Assembly (NCBI GenBank): GCA_963792775.1
Contig: CAWBXU010000015.1
Location: forward strand, 263 to 64,262
From: an uncultured Verrucomicrobiae bacterium
GTDB taxonomy: Bacteria > Verrucomicrobiota > Verrucomicrobiia > Chthoniobacterales > UBA10450
Reading direction: 5' to 3'
DNA length: 64,000 nucleotides
Positions 19,947-28,776 of the stretch are shown here, piece by piece. A program made the position numbers and the translations under genes. Position 1 is the first letter of the stretch. Each line of letters opens with the position of its first letter. Under the pieces are notes generated by a model. It was not told the origin of the DNA, made no database searches, and saw nothing but the letters and a program-made list of their open reading frames with translations.

Positions 19947-20414
19947 ATGCAAACATCAAACTTTCGAATCGTTCCGCTTCTCGCCGAGGTGGCGGAGGCG
20001 GCCCGGCGTCTGGCTGCGACGGGCGCTCCGGATCACGCCGTCGTGACGGCCGACGCGCCGACCGGCTACCCGTGCCGGCATTGCCTGCAATGGGCGCGGC
20101 CGGGCGAAGAAGTCATTCTCTTCCCCTACGCGTCCATTCCGGCCGGTCATCCCTACGCGGAGAGCGGTCCCATCTTCGTGCACGCGGAGAACTGCGCGCG
20201 TTATTCCGCGACGGCGGAATATCCGGCCAGTTTTCGGAGCCATCGCGTGTTCCGGGCCTATAATGCAGGCAACGACATGATCGACGCGGTCGCGCTGGAA
20301 AATGGTAAGCCCGAATCGGTGATCGCGCGGTTGCTGGAAAATCCCGAGACTGCTTTCCTGCAGGCGCGGAGCAGCACGCGCGGCTGTTACACCTTTAGAA
20401 TCGAACGCTCATGA
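19947..20414 (+). CDS. DUF1203-like small protein
   Basis: 155 aa. GYPCRHCLQWARPGEEVILFPYASIPAGHPYAESGPIFVHAENC matches my memory of the DUF1203 core. ATGA overlap with the downstream ada-like gene. Confidence 0.5.
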   Translation: MQTSNFRIVPLLAEVAEAARRLAATGAPDHAVVTADAPTGYPCRHCLQWARPGEEVILFPYASIPAGHPYAESGPIFVHAENCARYSATAEYPASFRSHRVFRAYNAGNDMIDAVALENGKPESVIARLLENPETAFLQARSSTRGCYTFRIERS

Positions 20415-21476
20415 AGACTCTGGAATTGCTTCCGCCTAACGACACCATGTATCGCGCGCTGGTCGATCGTGACTCGACCTTCGAAGGCATCTTCTTCGCG
20501 GGGGTGCGCACGACGGGAATTTTCTGTCGCCCCACCTGCAGCGCAAAAAAGCCGGCGCCGCAAAACGTCGAGTTCTTCTCGTCGCCTAACGAGGCCTTGC
20601 TTGGCGGTTATCGGCCCTGTCTGCGTTGCCGGCCGATGGATCCGGTGCAGCGTCCGCCAGAGCTGATCGAGCGCCTCCGCGCGGAGGTGGAAAAGGCGCC
20701 CGATGGTCGCCTGACGGACAAGGAACTTAGCTGCCCTCGCGATCGATCCTTCGACGGCGCGGCGACAGTTCAAGCGCCATTACGGAATGACGTTTCAGGC
20801 TTATCATCGGGCGCGGCGGCTGGGGCTGGCTTTGCGCGAAGTGCGTAAAGGGGAGCGCGTGGAGGATGTGCGCAACGGGAGCGGTTTTCAATCGGAGAGC
20901 GGATTCCGCGACGCTTTTACGAAGATCTTTGGAGAATCGCCGAGCGCGGCGAAAGGACAGGGCGGTTTGATGGCCGAGCGAATTGAAACGCCGCTCGGCT
21001 CGATGCTCGCGATCGCCGATGACGCCGGTCTGCGCCTGCTCGAGTTTGTCGATCGCCGGGCTCTCGAACGCGAGCTCTCGATCCTGCGGACGCGCCTAAA
21101 AACCAACGTTGTGCCGGGTGAACATCGGCATCTCACGGCGCTTCGCCGTCAGTTAGGAGATTATTTTTCAGGAACGAACCTGGTCTTCAAGGTGCCGATG
21201 GCACCGGTCGGTTCTCCGTTTCAACTCCGCGATTGGAAGTTGCTGCAATCGATTCCGCTGGGCGAAACCCGCTCCTATTCGTGGATGGCGGAGAAGCTGG
21301 GCGACAAGGAAATGCGACGCGCGGTCGGTCGAGCCAACGGCGAAAACATGCTTTGTATCATCATCCCGTGCCATCGCGTGATTCGAGCGGATGGCACGCT
21401 CTGCGGCTATGGCGGCGGGCTCTGGCGGAAGAAATGGCTGCTCGAGCACGAGCGAAACTGCGCCGGCAAATCCTGA
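20411..21476 (+). CDS. ada: Ada-like methylphosphotriester/O6-methylguanine DNA methyltransferase with an AraC-type HTH; 1-nt insertion near 20729
   Basis: The Ada zinc domain reads FCRPTCSAKKPAPQNVEFF..GYRPCLRCRP. The HTH (AIDPSTARRQFKRHYGMTFQAYHRARRLGLAL) is readable only after shifting frame at 20729. The Ogt domain carries the active site IIIPCHRVIRADGTLCGYGGG. Confidence 0.8.
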
Positions 21477-21493
21477 AGCGCTTCGACCCTCGC

Positions 21494-22103
21494 TTAGCCT
21501 GCCACGCTCCCGATTCCGTTGCCTAACGGCGCGGTCGTTTTCACCCGCTTCGGGTTGGCTCGCCGCTGGAGCAGCGCAACGAAGAGGAGAAAGCCGAGGC
21601 ATGTGCCGATCGAAATCAGCAGTTCATTTCGCACCGGTGGAAAAATAAGGAAGAAACCTTTGCCCTTGATCAGGGAGGAAAAGCTGGAGACGCAAAACGG
21701 CATGAGGAAAAGACGAAAAGCCTGCCAGCCGTCGGGTGCGCCGCCGGCCAGGCCGCGGACGCTGAGAAGGAGGGCGAAGCCGATAAGGGCGGTGATGCCT
21801 AACGAATTCAGCCAACGGGGAGCCCGAAAAAAAAAAAAAAAAAATAAAAATAGATAAACCAGAAGAAAAGCCAGATAAAAGAGGAGCGAAGAGATGGACC
21901 GGCGTCGGATCGAAGTGATGTCCGAGGGTGACCAGATACCAGAGGAGGTAACACCAGAGGATTTTCCGGCTGAGAGAAATCGATTCGAAATAGCGCAGGA
22001 AGATGGTGTGCACGCGAAGAGAAGGTTTGCGACCCGAGGCTAGTTCGTCGGTTGGACTTATGTCAACATAATCGTCACTTATTCTAGCCGTCGCGGCCGT
22101 CAA
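21494..22103 (-). CDS. Hypothetical multi-pass membrane protein split by a T18 homopolymer
   Basis: The upstream part (ORF 21624-22103) is hydrophobic up to ..GLSIFIFFFFF, then turns Arg/Pro-rich, which looks out of frame. The frame of ORF 21494-21703 is open and hydrophobic from codon 21826 (RAPRWLNSLGITALIGFALLLSV..). A tract of T17 or T20 would fuse the two parts. Confidence 0.45.
21827..21844. repeat. A18/T18 homopolymer tract (poly-Phe codons on the minus strand)
   Basis: Counted directly: 18 consecutive A on the + strand, followed by T and AAAAA. It is highly atypical in this GC-rich sequence. Confidence 0.9.
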
Positions 22104-22147
22104 AGGATTCCGGGCAACGGCAGCGAATTTTCGAGGCGCGGAGGGTC

Positions 22148-22221
22148 CGCGCCCAGGAGGACTCGAACCTCCGACCGTCGGATTAGAAATCCGATGCTCT
22201 ATCCGGCTGAGCTATGGGCGC
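22148..22221 (-). tRNA. tRNA-Arg (anticodon UCU)
   Basis: The minus strand reads GCGCCCA TA GCTC AGCCGGATA GAGC A TCGGA TTTCTAA TCCGA CGGTC GGAGG TTCGAGT CCTCC TGGGCGC G. The cloverleaf has perfect 7/4/5/5 bp stems. The T-loop is TTCGAGT and the anticodon is TCT. CCA is not encoded. Confidence 0.88.
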
Positions 22222-22319
22222 TTTTGCCGTAACCTAAACGAGCGCGCCAAGGCAGCGTCCGTTTGGTTCCGACACTTTGCGCCGGGTTGGCGGCCGATCA
22301 AGCTGCGCTCGCGGGATCG

Positions 22320-24437
22320 TTAGGGCTGGACGAGTTCGGCCGTGCCGCTGATCGCCGGACTATCCACTCCGCCGGTGATGAGAATTCGGCCGTCCTTCAA
22401 AAGCGTCGCGGTATGATTCTGCCGGGTCTCGGTCATGGTGCCAAACAAGCTCATGCGGCCCGTCGCCGGATCATACATTTCAACGGAATCGAGCGCTCGC
22501 TCCAAACCGCCAAAGACGGAGTTGCCAGTCGAGGCGCCTCCGATGACCAGGACGTTGCCCTGAAGAGAGCCCCAAGCGGGATTGTCCAGGAGAATCGCGA
22601 CGTGACGCTGCCGCTGCTGCATCAGCCCGTCCGTCTCGGAAAAGGTGCCGGCTGAAATGCTGTAGAGATCGGAGGTATCGGGGAAGGAAATCCCACCGGT
22701 GACCAGGATCGTGTTGTTGAGCAACAGGGTCGCGTCGTGCTCGGTGCGGCCGACATGCATTTCGCCACTGAGAGTCCAAGTGCGTGCCTTGACGTTATAG
22801 ATTTCCGACGTCGGCGTGCCGGTATCCACCGGCATGCCGTTGGAAATGGAGGCGCCTCCCTCAACGAAAACATTGCCGTTCGGTAGAAGATTCGCGCGAT
22901 GGCGCTTTCTTTGCACGTTCAGGTCCCCGGTGCTCGACCACGTGCCACGTCGCGGATTGTAAAGTTCCGCCGTCTTCTGCGGATCGGCTCCCATGCGGCC
23001 GCCGGCGGCCAGGACCTGGCCATTGGGCAGGAGAGTGGAGGTGAACAACGAGCGGCCATTGACCATCTCGCCGGTGAGGGAGAACTGATTGGTTTTCGGA
23101 TCGAAAATTTCGCACACTTCGGTATCGCCATTCTCTGTCTTGCCGCCTGCTATGAGGACTCTTCGGTCCTTGAGCCGGGTCGCAGTGTGACTCTTCCTAG
23201 CCTGAGTGAGAGAGCCGACGAGGCTGAAAGAGTTATGTTTGGGATCGAACAGTTCCGCGGAATCGAGAAATTCGGCGTCGGTGCTGCCTCCCACCAAGAG
23301 GACTTTGCCGCTTGTGAGCAGGGTGTCGGTATGTTGATTGCGTGCCACCTGCATGTTGCCTAACGAGGTAAAGGCATGCGTGACCGGATCGAGAATCTCC
23401 GCCGTTTGCAGGGTCTTGTTTCCGGTAATGCCGCCGGCCACGAGGACGCTGCCGTTGGGCAGGAGGGTGGCGGTCGGGCCGGTACGATTTTCCTGCATTG
23501 TGTCGTGAACTGACCACAGGCCCGTGACCGGGTCGCGGATTTCGTTGACGGCGAGGAAACCGCTCTCGAGCGTGGTGCCGCCGATCACGAGGACGCTGCC
23601 GTCAGACAGCAGGATCGCTTCGTGATTGGAACGGTGGTAGCGCATCTTCTTGGCGTTGGCGAAGGTTTGCTGCTGGGGATTGTAGATCTCGGTCTCGTCG
23701 TGGGGGCTCGTGCCGGTGAAACCGCCGGTGATCAGGACCGTGTTATCGGGCAGGAGCGTGCTGGTATGGTTGGCCCGCGAGAGGGTCATATGCGCGGCGA
23801 GCTGGGTGAAGGCATTGCTCGTCGAATTGTAGATCCAGGCATCCGCCGCCGGGATGGGGCCGACATAGCCACCGGTGACCAGAACCGTCCCATCAGCAAG
23901 ATTGACGGAGGAATGGCTGGAGCGGTTGGTCGGGGAGGTGGCCGTGGCCGTGAAGGTTTGCGTGACGGGATCGAAAAGATCGGCGTTCTTGCCACCGACG
24001 ATGACCACCTTGCCATTGGTGAGAAGATTAGCGGTGTGCTTGCTCCGTCCGATCGTCATTTGATGAGCCACTTGCGTAAAATTGCCGGTGTTAGGGTCGT
24101 AAAACTCGGCCGTTTTCAGCTGCTGCCCGCTCGACAGGACGCCGCCGGTGATGAGGACGCGACCATCAGATAGGAGAGTCGAAGTGTGATAGGAACGCGG
24201 CGTCGTCATCGAGCCGGTCGGGGTGAAAGTGCCCGTCGACGGATCGTAGAGAAGCGCGGAGTCGAGTGCCGCGCTCTCGTTGATTCCACCGGCGATCAAG
24301 ACTTTGCCGGAGTTGAGCAGAGTGGCGGTGTGACCGGCGCGCTCCGGGGTAAGCTCGATCGTTGAAGGCGCAGCAGAAACCCAGGTGGTGAAGACGCTGA
24401 GCGAAAGAGCGGCGACTGAAAGACAAAGTTTTTTCAT
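22320..24437 (-). CDS. Secreted Kelch-repeat beta-propeller protein
   Basis: 705 aa with signal peptide MKKLCLSVAALSLSVFTTWVSA. It has roughly 14 repeats of about 48 aa of the form R..HTATLL.dGkVLi.GG. The stop TAA lies inside CCCTAACGA. Confidence 0.8.
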   Translation of the reverse strand: MKKLCLSVAALSLSVFTTWVSAAPSTIELTPERAGHTATLLNSGKVLIAGGINESAALDSALLYDPSTGTFTPTGSMTTPRSYHTSTLLSDGRVLITGGVLSSGQQLKTAEFYDPNTGNFTQVAHQMTIGRSKHTANLLTNGKVVIVGGKNADLFDPVTQTFTATATSPTNRSSHSSVNLADGTVLVTGGYVGPIPAADAWIYNSTSNAFTQLAAHMTLSRANHTSTLLPDNTVLITGGFTGTSPHDETEIYNPQQQTFANAKKMRYHRSNHEAILLSDGSVLVIGGTTLESGFLAVNEIRDPVTGLWSVHDTMQENRTGPTATLLPNGSVLVAGGITGNKTLQTAEILDPVTHAFTSLGNMQVARNQHTDTLLTSGKVLLVGGSTDAEFLDSAELFDPKHNSFSLVGSLTQARKSHTATRLKDRRVLIAGGKTENGDTEVCEIFDPKTNQFSLTGEMVNGRSLFTSTLLPNGQVLAAGGRMGADPQKTAELYNPRRGTWSSTGDLNVQRKRHRANLLPNGNVFVEGGASISNGMPVDTGTPTSEIYNVKARTWTLSGEMHVGRTEHDATLLLNNTILVTGGISFPDTSDLYSISAGTFSETDGLMQQRQRHVAILLDNPAWGSLQGNVLVIGGASTGNSVFGGLERALDSVEMYDPATGRMSLFGTMTETRQNHTATLLKDGRILITGGVDSPAISGTAELVQP

Positions 24438-25046
24438 AACAGGAAGAGGTTTGGCGAATCCGAATTATTCGGGCGCCGGCTCGCTGGCGAGCTGAGGGAG
24501 CTACACTACGAGAAGGACTATTTTTCGTCCAGAAAAACCGCGAGTTGCGGGCGAGAAAAATCGCCGCAGCATCAGCGTTTTCTCAAGGAGAAAAACAATC
24601 CGACCCCGCCGGCACTGCCGCACGACGAAGCGTCCACGCTCGAAAAACGGCGTAGAGGAACGTCAGTTTGGGATGACGCGCCGTGCAGACGGCTTTGCCG
24701 CCTCTATTCGCGGATGCCCTGCTTCAGTTCCCAGACGCGCAATGCCGCCAGCAGCAAACTCTTGGTTCGCGTGAGCGTTCCGACCGCTGGGCGATTAGGC
24801 TCGTCCCCGGTTTTCGCCGCTGCTTTCGGGCTGCGTTTGGGCTTCTTCGGCGTCTTCCGTTTCGGCAATCGCCGGACAGTCGCTTCACTCACCTTTAGAT
24901 CTCCCCCAGAAGTTATAGGCCCCATAATAGTTATGGCTATCGAATAGCAGCTTCCCTGCCATATCCGATCCGACGGCGACGACGGCCGCTTATTCAGGCG
25001 GAAAGCGCTTGTGCCTCTGCGGTTCTTCGGCGATTTCATCCCGGTC

Positions 25047-26054
25047 ATGGCGAACCGCAAACTGGGATGTCTCAGCATATTTTTGTTCGTCGCCCTCTGC
25101 CTCAGCGTGTTGGTCAACCTTTTCCTCGCGATGACCGCTTTTCGCCGCCTGGAAGGCGCGGGGCGCGATGTGGAATATCGCCCGCGTTTTACCGAGATGG
25201 TGCTGGAGCGGGGAACGCGTGGCGATTCGAGCAAGATCGCCGTCATCAGCCTGCGCGGCCTGATCAGCTCGGGCGTGGCCGGCAACGTCGGTGAATCGAT
25301 GGTGGACGATCTGCGCTGGGAACTCGAGCAGGCGCGGAACGACCGGGACGTTCGCGCGGTCGTGCTGGAGGTCGATTCGCCGGGCGGCGAAGTGACCGCC
25401 GCCGATATGATCTACGACGCGGTGGTCAAGACACGGGCGACCAAGCCGGTCGTCGTTTACATGGAATCGCTCGCCGCTTCCGGTGGCTACTACGTTTCCT
25501 GCGGCGGCCAATTTTTGATGGCGAACGAAACCAGCATCACCGGGAGCATCGGCGTCATCATTCAAACCCTGAACTACGAGCAGCTCTTCAACAAAATCGG
25601 GCTGGCCTCGGTCGTGTTCAAAAGCGGCAAGTTCAAGGACATGCTCAACGGCGCGCGCCCGATCACACCGGAAGAGCACGATTACATCCAGGGCTTTGTC
25701 ATGAAAACCTACGACAAGTTTCTCGGCATCGTCGCGAAAGAGCGCAATCTCCCGGCCGACGCATTGCGCAACGGCATCGCCGACGGCCGCATTCTTTCAG
25801 GGCGGGATGCGCTCGACGACAAGTTGATCGACGGACTCGGCCAGATCGAAGACGCCTTCGCCAAAGCGAAAGAGCTGGGGCGCGCGCCTAACGCCGAGAT
25901 CGTGAAATACGGACCGCCCTTCAGTCTGGGGCGCGTCTTCCGCCTCCTGACCAAAGCGGGCGACAATAAGATCGAGCTCTCCCTCCCCGGGCAGCTCGTT
26001 CCGCAATTGCAGAGCGGGCGCGCCTATTTTCTCCCCAGTTTCTACGCTCCCTGA
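25047..26054 (+). CDS. sppA: Signal peptide peptidase SppA (36K type)
   Basis: VAGNVGESMVDDLRWELEQARNDRDVRAVVLEVDSPGGEVTAADMIY and MESLAASGGYYVSCGG..TGSIGV match the S49 peptidase family. I take ATG 25047, which precedes the TM helix. The ORF opens at 25011. Confidence 0.8.
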   Translation: MANRKLGCLSIFLFVALCLSVLVNLFLAMTAFRRLEGAGRDVEYRPRFTEMVLERGTRGDSSKIAVISLRGLISSGVAGNVGESMVDDLRWELEQARNDRDVRAVVLEVDSPGGEVTAADMIYDAVVKTRATKPVVVYMESLAASGGYYVSCGGQFLMANETSITGSIGVIIQTLNYEQLFNKIGLASVVFKSGKFKDMLNGARPITPEEHDYIQGFVMKTYDKFLGIVAKERNLPADALRNGIADGRILSGRDALDDKLIDGLGQIEDAFAKAKELGRAPNAEIVKYGPPFSLGRVFRLLTKAGDNKIELSLPGQLVPQLQSGRAYFLPSFYAP

Positions 26055-26070
26055 TCGGCGCGGCTAAGAA

Positions 26071-26862
26071 ATGTTCGACAGCCTGCTCAACGCGCTGCTC
26101 GTGGTCGCCGCGCTCTATGTTTACCTCGCGCTCTTCCGCCAGATCTCGGCCCGCCAGGTCAACGGCGCGGCCTCGTTAGGCGAAAAACAATTCGGCCTGC
26201 CCGAGGCGGCCACGGCCGCTCTTCTCGTGGGCTGGTTCGGCTTGAACGTCGTGACCGCGATCCGCTACGGGCAGGGAGCTTATCAGACGCGCGAGCTCAT
26301 TATCACCGGCGTCTTTTCCCTCGCCATCCTCCTCCTCCTCACTTCGCTCCTGCAATTTCGCGGCTTCAGTGTGCTCTCGTTAGGCGGATTCTCCCGGCTC
26401 GGTTTTGGACGGACCATCAGTACCGCGGCCGTCCTCCTTTTTGCCGCTTATCCGCTGCTCTTCGCGGCGGACGAAATTTCACAGTTGTTTCTCGGGAACG
26501 GCTCGAGCCGGCAGCAGATTATCGAAATGTTTACCGGCTCGGAGACGCTCCAGCAGCGCGTCATGATCATCGTCCTCGCGATCGGGATCGCCCCCATGAC
26601 CGAAGAATTTATCTTCCGCTTTTTCCTCTACGGAGTGCTCAAGCGCTATTTTGGCCGCGGCCCGGGTCTGATCATGAACGCCTTGCTTTTCGCCGCCGTG
26701 CACGTGCATCTGCCGAGCTTCGGGCCGCTCTTCGTCCTCGGCAGTTGCTTTACCCTGGCCTACGAATGGAGCGGTTCGATTCTTGTCCCCATGACGATGC
26801 ACGCGCTCTTTAATTTCTTCACCCTTAGCGCGCTCGCTTTTCCCAATCTCCTGCCGCAATGA
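26071..26862 (+). CDS. CPBP-family intramembrane glutamic endopeptidase (CAAX protease/Abi)
   Basis: 263 aa, multi-TM. CPBP motifs are present: TEEFIFRFFLYG (EExxxR), LLFAAVHVH (FxxxH) and MHALFNF (HxxxN). Confidence 0.8.
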   Translation: MFDSLLNALLVVAALYVYLALFRQISARQVNGAASLGEKQFGLPEAATAALLVGWFGLNVVTAIRYGQGAYQTRELIITGVFSLAILLLLTSLLQFRGFSVLSLGGFSRLGFGRTISTAAVLLFAAYPLLFAADEISQLFLGNGSSRQQIIEMFTGSETLQQRVMIIVLAIGIAPMTEEFIFRFFLYGVLKRYFGRGPGLIMNALLFAAVHVHLPSFGPLFVLGSCFTLAYEWSGSILVPMTMHALFNFFTLSALAFPNLLPQ

Positions 26863-27779
26863 AAGTGCGCGAGTCCGCCAAAGGACGGATTCGCTGCGGC
26901 GAACTGGGCGAGGACCGGCTGATCGCGCAACTGGTCCGCCGCCTCAAAACTCGTCCGGATGTGATCGCCGGCCCGGGCGATGACTGCGCGGTGGTGACGC
27001 TGCCGGGAGCGAAGCAGTTGCTTCTCTTGAAAACCGATTGCGTGGTCGAGCGCATTCACTTTCGGCCTAACGAATCGCCCAGTTCGGTCGGATGGAAAGC
27101 GATGGCGCGGGTCTTGAGCGATTTCGCGGCGATGGCGGGTCTGCCGCATTTTGCCCTCGTCACTTTGATCGTGCCGCCGGAGCGCGCCGCGCGCTGGACT
27201 AACGAACTCTATCGCGGGTTGCGCCGCGTCGCCGATCGTTTCGAGGTCGCGATCGTCGGCGGCGAAACCAGCAGCACCAAAGGCCCCGCTGTCGTCTCCA
27301 TCAGCGCCCTGGGGACGGTGGAAAAAAGTCGCTGGGTCTCGCGCAGTGGCGGGAAAAGCGGCGACGCGCTTTTCGTCACGGGAAGACTCGGAGGCTCCAT
27401 TCGCCGGAAGCATTTGAATTTCGTCCCGCGCATCGCCGAAGCCCGCTGGCTCACGGAAAATTTCCTCCTTCACGCGATGATGGATTTAAGCGACGGCCTC
27501 GGGACCGATCTCCCGCGTCTGGCGAAAGCCAGCAAAGTTGGTTTCGAGATTGACGAGAAAGCCCTGCCACGAAATCGCGCCTGTACGATTAAGCAGGCGA
27601 TCAGCGACGGCGAAGATTACGAACTGCTCTTCGCCCTCGCGCCTAACGACGCCGCGCCTTTGGAAAAAAAGTGGCGCAAGAAATTCCCGCCTCTACCGCT
27701 CACCCGCATCGGCTCCCTCATTCCGCATTCCGCATTCCGCATTCCGCATTGGTCCCGTGGCTACGTTCACTTCGCATAG
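26859..27779 (+). CDS. thiL: Thiamine-monophosphate kinase
   Basis: 306 aa. GEDRLIAQL..GPGDDCAVV, LLLKTDCVVERIHF and AIVGGETS..DLSDGLGTDL are typical AIR-synthase-fold ThiL motifs. ATGA overlap with the CPBP gene. The C-terminal tail is encoded by a heptanucleotide repeat. Confidence 0.85.
   Translation: MKVRESAKGRIRCGELGEDRLIAQLVRRLKTRPDVIAGPGDDCAVVTLPGAKQLLLLKTDCVVERIHFRPNESPSSVGWKAMARVLSDFAAMAGLPHFALVTLIVPPERAARWTNELYRGLRRVADRFEVAIVGGETSSTKGPAVVSISALGTVEKSRWVSRSGGKSGDALFVTGRLGGSIRRKHLNFVPRIAEARWLTENFLLHAMMDLSDGLGTDLPRLAKASKVGFEIDEKALPRNRACTIKQAISDGEDYELLFALAPNDAAPLEKKWRKKFPPLPLTRIGSLIPHSAFRIPHWSRGYVHFA
27719..27750. repeat. Tandem heptanucleotide repeat (CATTCCG) x 4.6
   Basis: The sequence cattccg cattccg cattccg cattccg catt was read directly. 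It encodes IPHSAFRIPH at the 3' end of thiL and ends 6 nt before the proposed tsaE GTG at 27757. Confidence 0.9.
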
Positions 27780-28176
27780 CGTGGAGGAGACGATCGCTTT
27801 TGCGCGGGAATGGGCCCAGGCGCTTCGGCCTAACGACGTCGTGGCCTTGCGCGGCGATCTCGGCTCGGGCAAAACGCATTTCGTCAAAGGTCTCGTCGCC
27901 GGTTGCGGCAGCGCCGATCCCGTCACCAGTCCCACTTTCACGATTCTGCACGAATACCGCGGCGGGCGACTGCCCGTTTTCCATTTCGATTTTTACCGGC
28001 TGGAGCATCGCGCGGAAGTCGAGCGTCTTGGCTTCGAAGAATATCTGGAGGACGGCGGCCTCGCCGTCATCGAATGGGCCGATCGGTTTCCCGAGTTATT
28101 GCCCGAGCGAACCCGCTGGATCGACGTCGTCGCGGGCACGGCCAACGAGCGCATGATCAGTGAAGCAAGCCGATGA
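27757..28176 (+). CDS. tsaE: tRNA t6A37 biosynthesis ATPase TsaE (YjeE)
   Basis: VALRGDLGSGKTHFVKGL (P-loop), SPTFTILHEY, FHFDFYRL and IEWADR are TsaE hallmarks. There is no in-frame ATG, so I take GTG 27757. It overlaps the thiL 3' end by 23 nt. Confidence 0.8.
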   Translation: MATFTSHSVEETIAFAREWAQALRPNDVVALRGDLGSGKTHFVKGLVAGCGSADPVTSPTFTILHEYRGGRLPVFHFDFYRLEHRAEVERLGFEEYLEDGGLAVIEWADRFPELLPERTRWIDVVAGTANERMISEASR

Positions 28177-28776
28177 GCATTCTCGCCCTCGAGCTTTCTT
28201 CACCGCTCGGCAGCATCGCCTTCCGTCACCCGGATGGAACCAGCGTCGTTAGGCAATTTCCGGCCGACCGCAAGGATTCCGGCTTTTTTTTCGAAAACCT
28301 GGGCGATCTCCGGCGCGAATGCGGATTGCCGGACGTGATCGCGGTCGGCCTTGGCCCGGGTTCCTACGCCGGCATCCGCATTGCGATCGCGACCGCGCTC
28401 GGGCTGCGGGCGGCGGCGGGGGCGCGGCTCGTGGGTTGGCCGTCGATTTGCGCGATCGATTGCGCGGAGTATTTCGTCGTCGGTGATGCGCGGCGAAGCA
28501 GTTATTTTTTTGCCCATGTGCGAGACGGCGACTGCATCGAGGGCCCGGTCTTAATGAGCGAGACGGAATTGCGCGCAAAGTTAGGCGAACAAAGCAATTT
28601 GCCGCGGCTGGCTGCGCAATCGTTGCCGCAATTTGCAGAAGTCACGCGTCGCGCATCCCTCCGCGTCTGTTCTCGCCCGTCTGGCTGAAAATCGCGGAAC
28701 AGAAGAACCGCTCGAGCCGATTTACTTGCGCGAGCCTTATATTACGACCCCGAAAGCCACGCCATGGAATCGTTAG
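28173..28776 (+). CDS. tsaB: tRNA t6A37 biosynthesis protein TsaB (YeaZ); frameshift near 28655
   Basis: MSILALELSSPLGSIA and VGLGPGSYAGIRIAIATALGL are present. The family-typical C-terminus (PSASVLARLAENRGTEEPLEPIYLREPY) is in another frame and ends at TAG 28774-28776. ATGA overlap with tsaE. Confidence 0.75.

Noticed and set aside
22148-22221. tRNA-Arg(UCU) as the integration site of the EPS island.
   Set aside because: The composition and word boundary is at about 19.7-19.8 kb, 2.4 kb away. Word-containing genes (DUF1203, ada, membrane protein) lie in between. I saw no integrase and no direct repeat of the tRNA 3' end.
24704-24925. A possible 73-aa Lys-rich small ORF (MGPITSGGDLKVSEATVRRLPKRKTPKKPKRSPKAAAKTG...) in the 600-nt gap between the Kelch gene and sppA, next to a CCATAA-tag-TTATGG palindrome.
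   Set aside because: It has no recognisable motif, no clear ribosome-binding site and low-complexity composition. I cannot distinguish it from a chance ORF. It is worth a look only if transcript or peptide data exist.
27719-27750. Short tandem repeats or hairpin arrays as a CRISPR array.
   Set aside because: The units are 7 nt with no spacers. The hairpin elements at 39.8, 60.6 and 63.2 kb are single palindromic units, not regularly spaced direct repeats. No cas genes are present.
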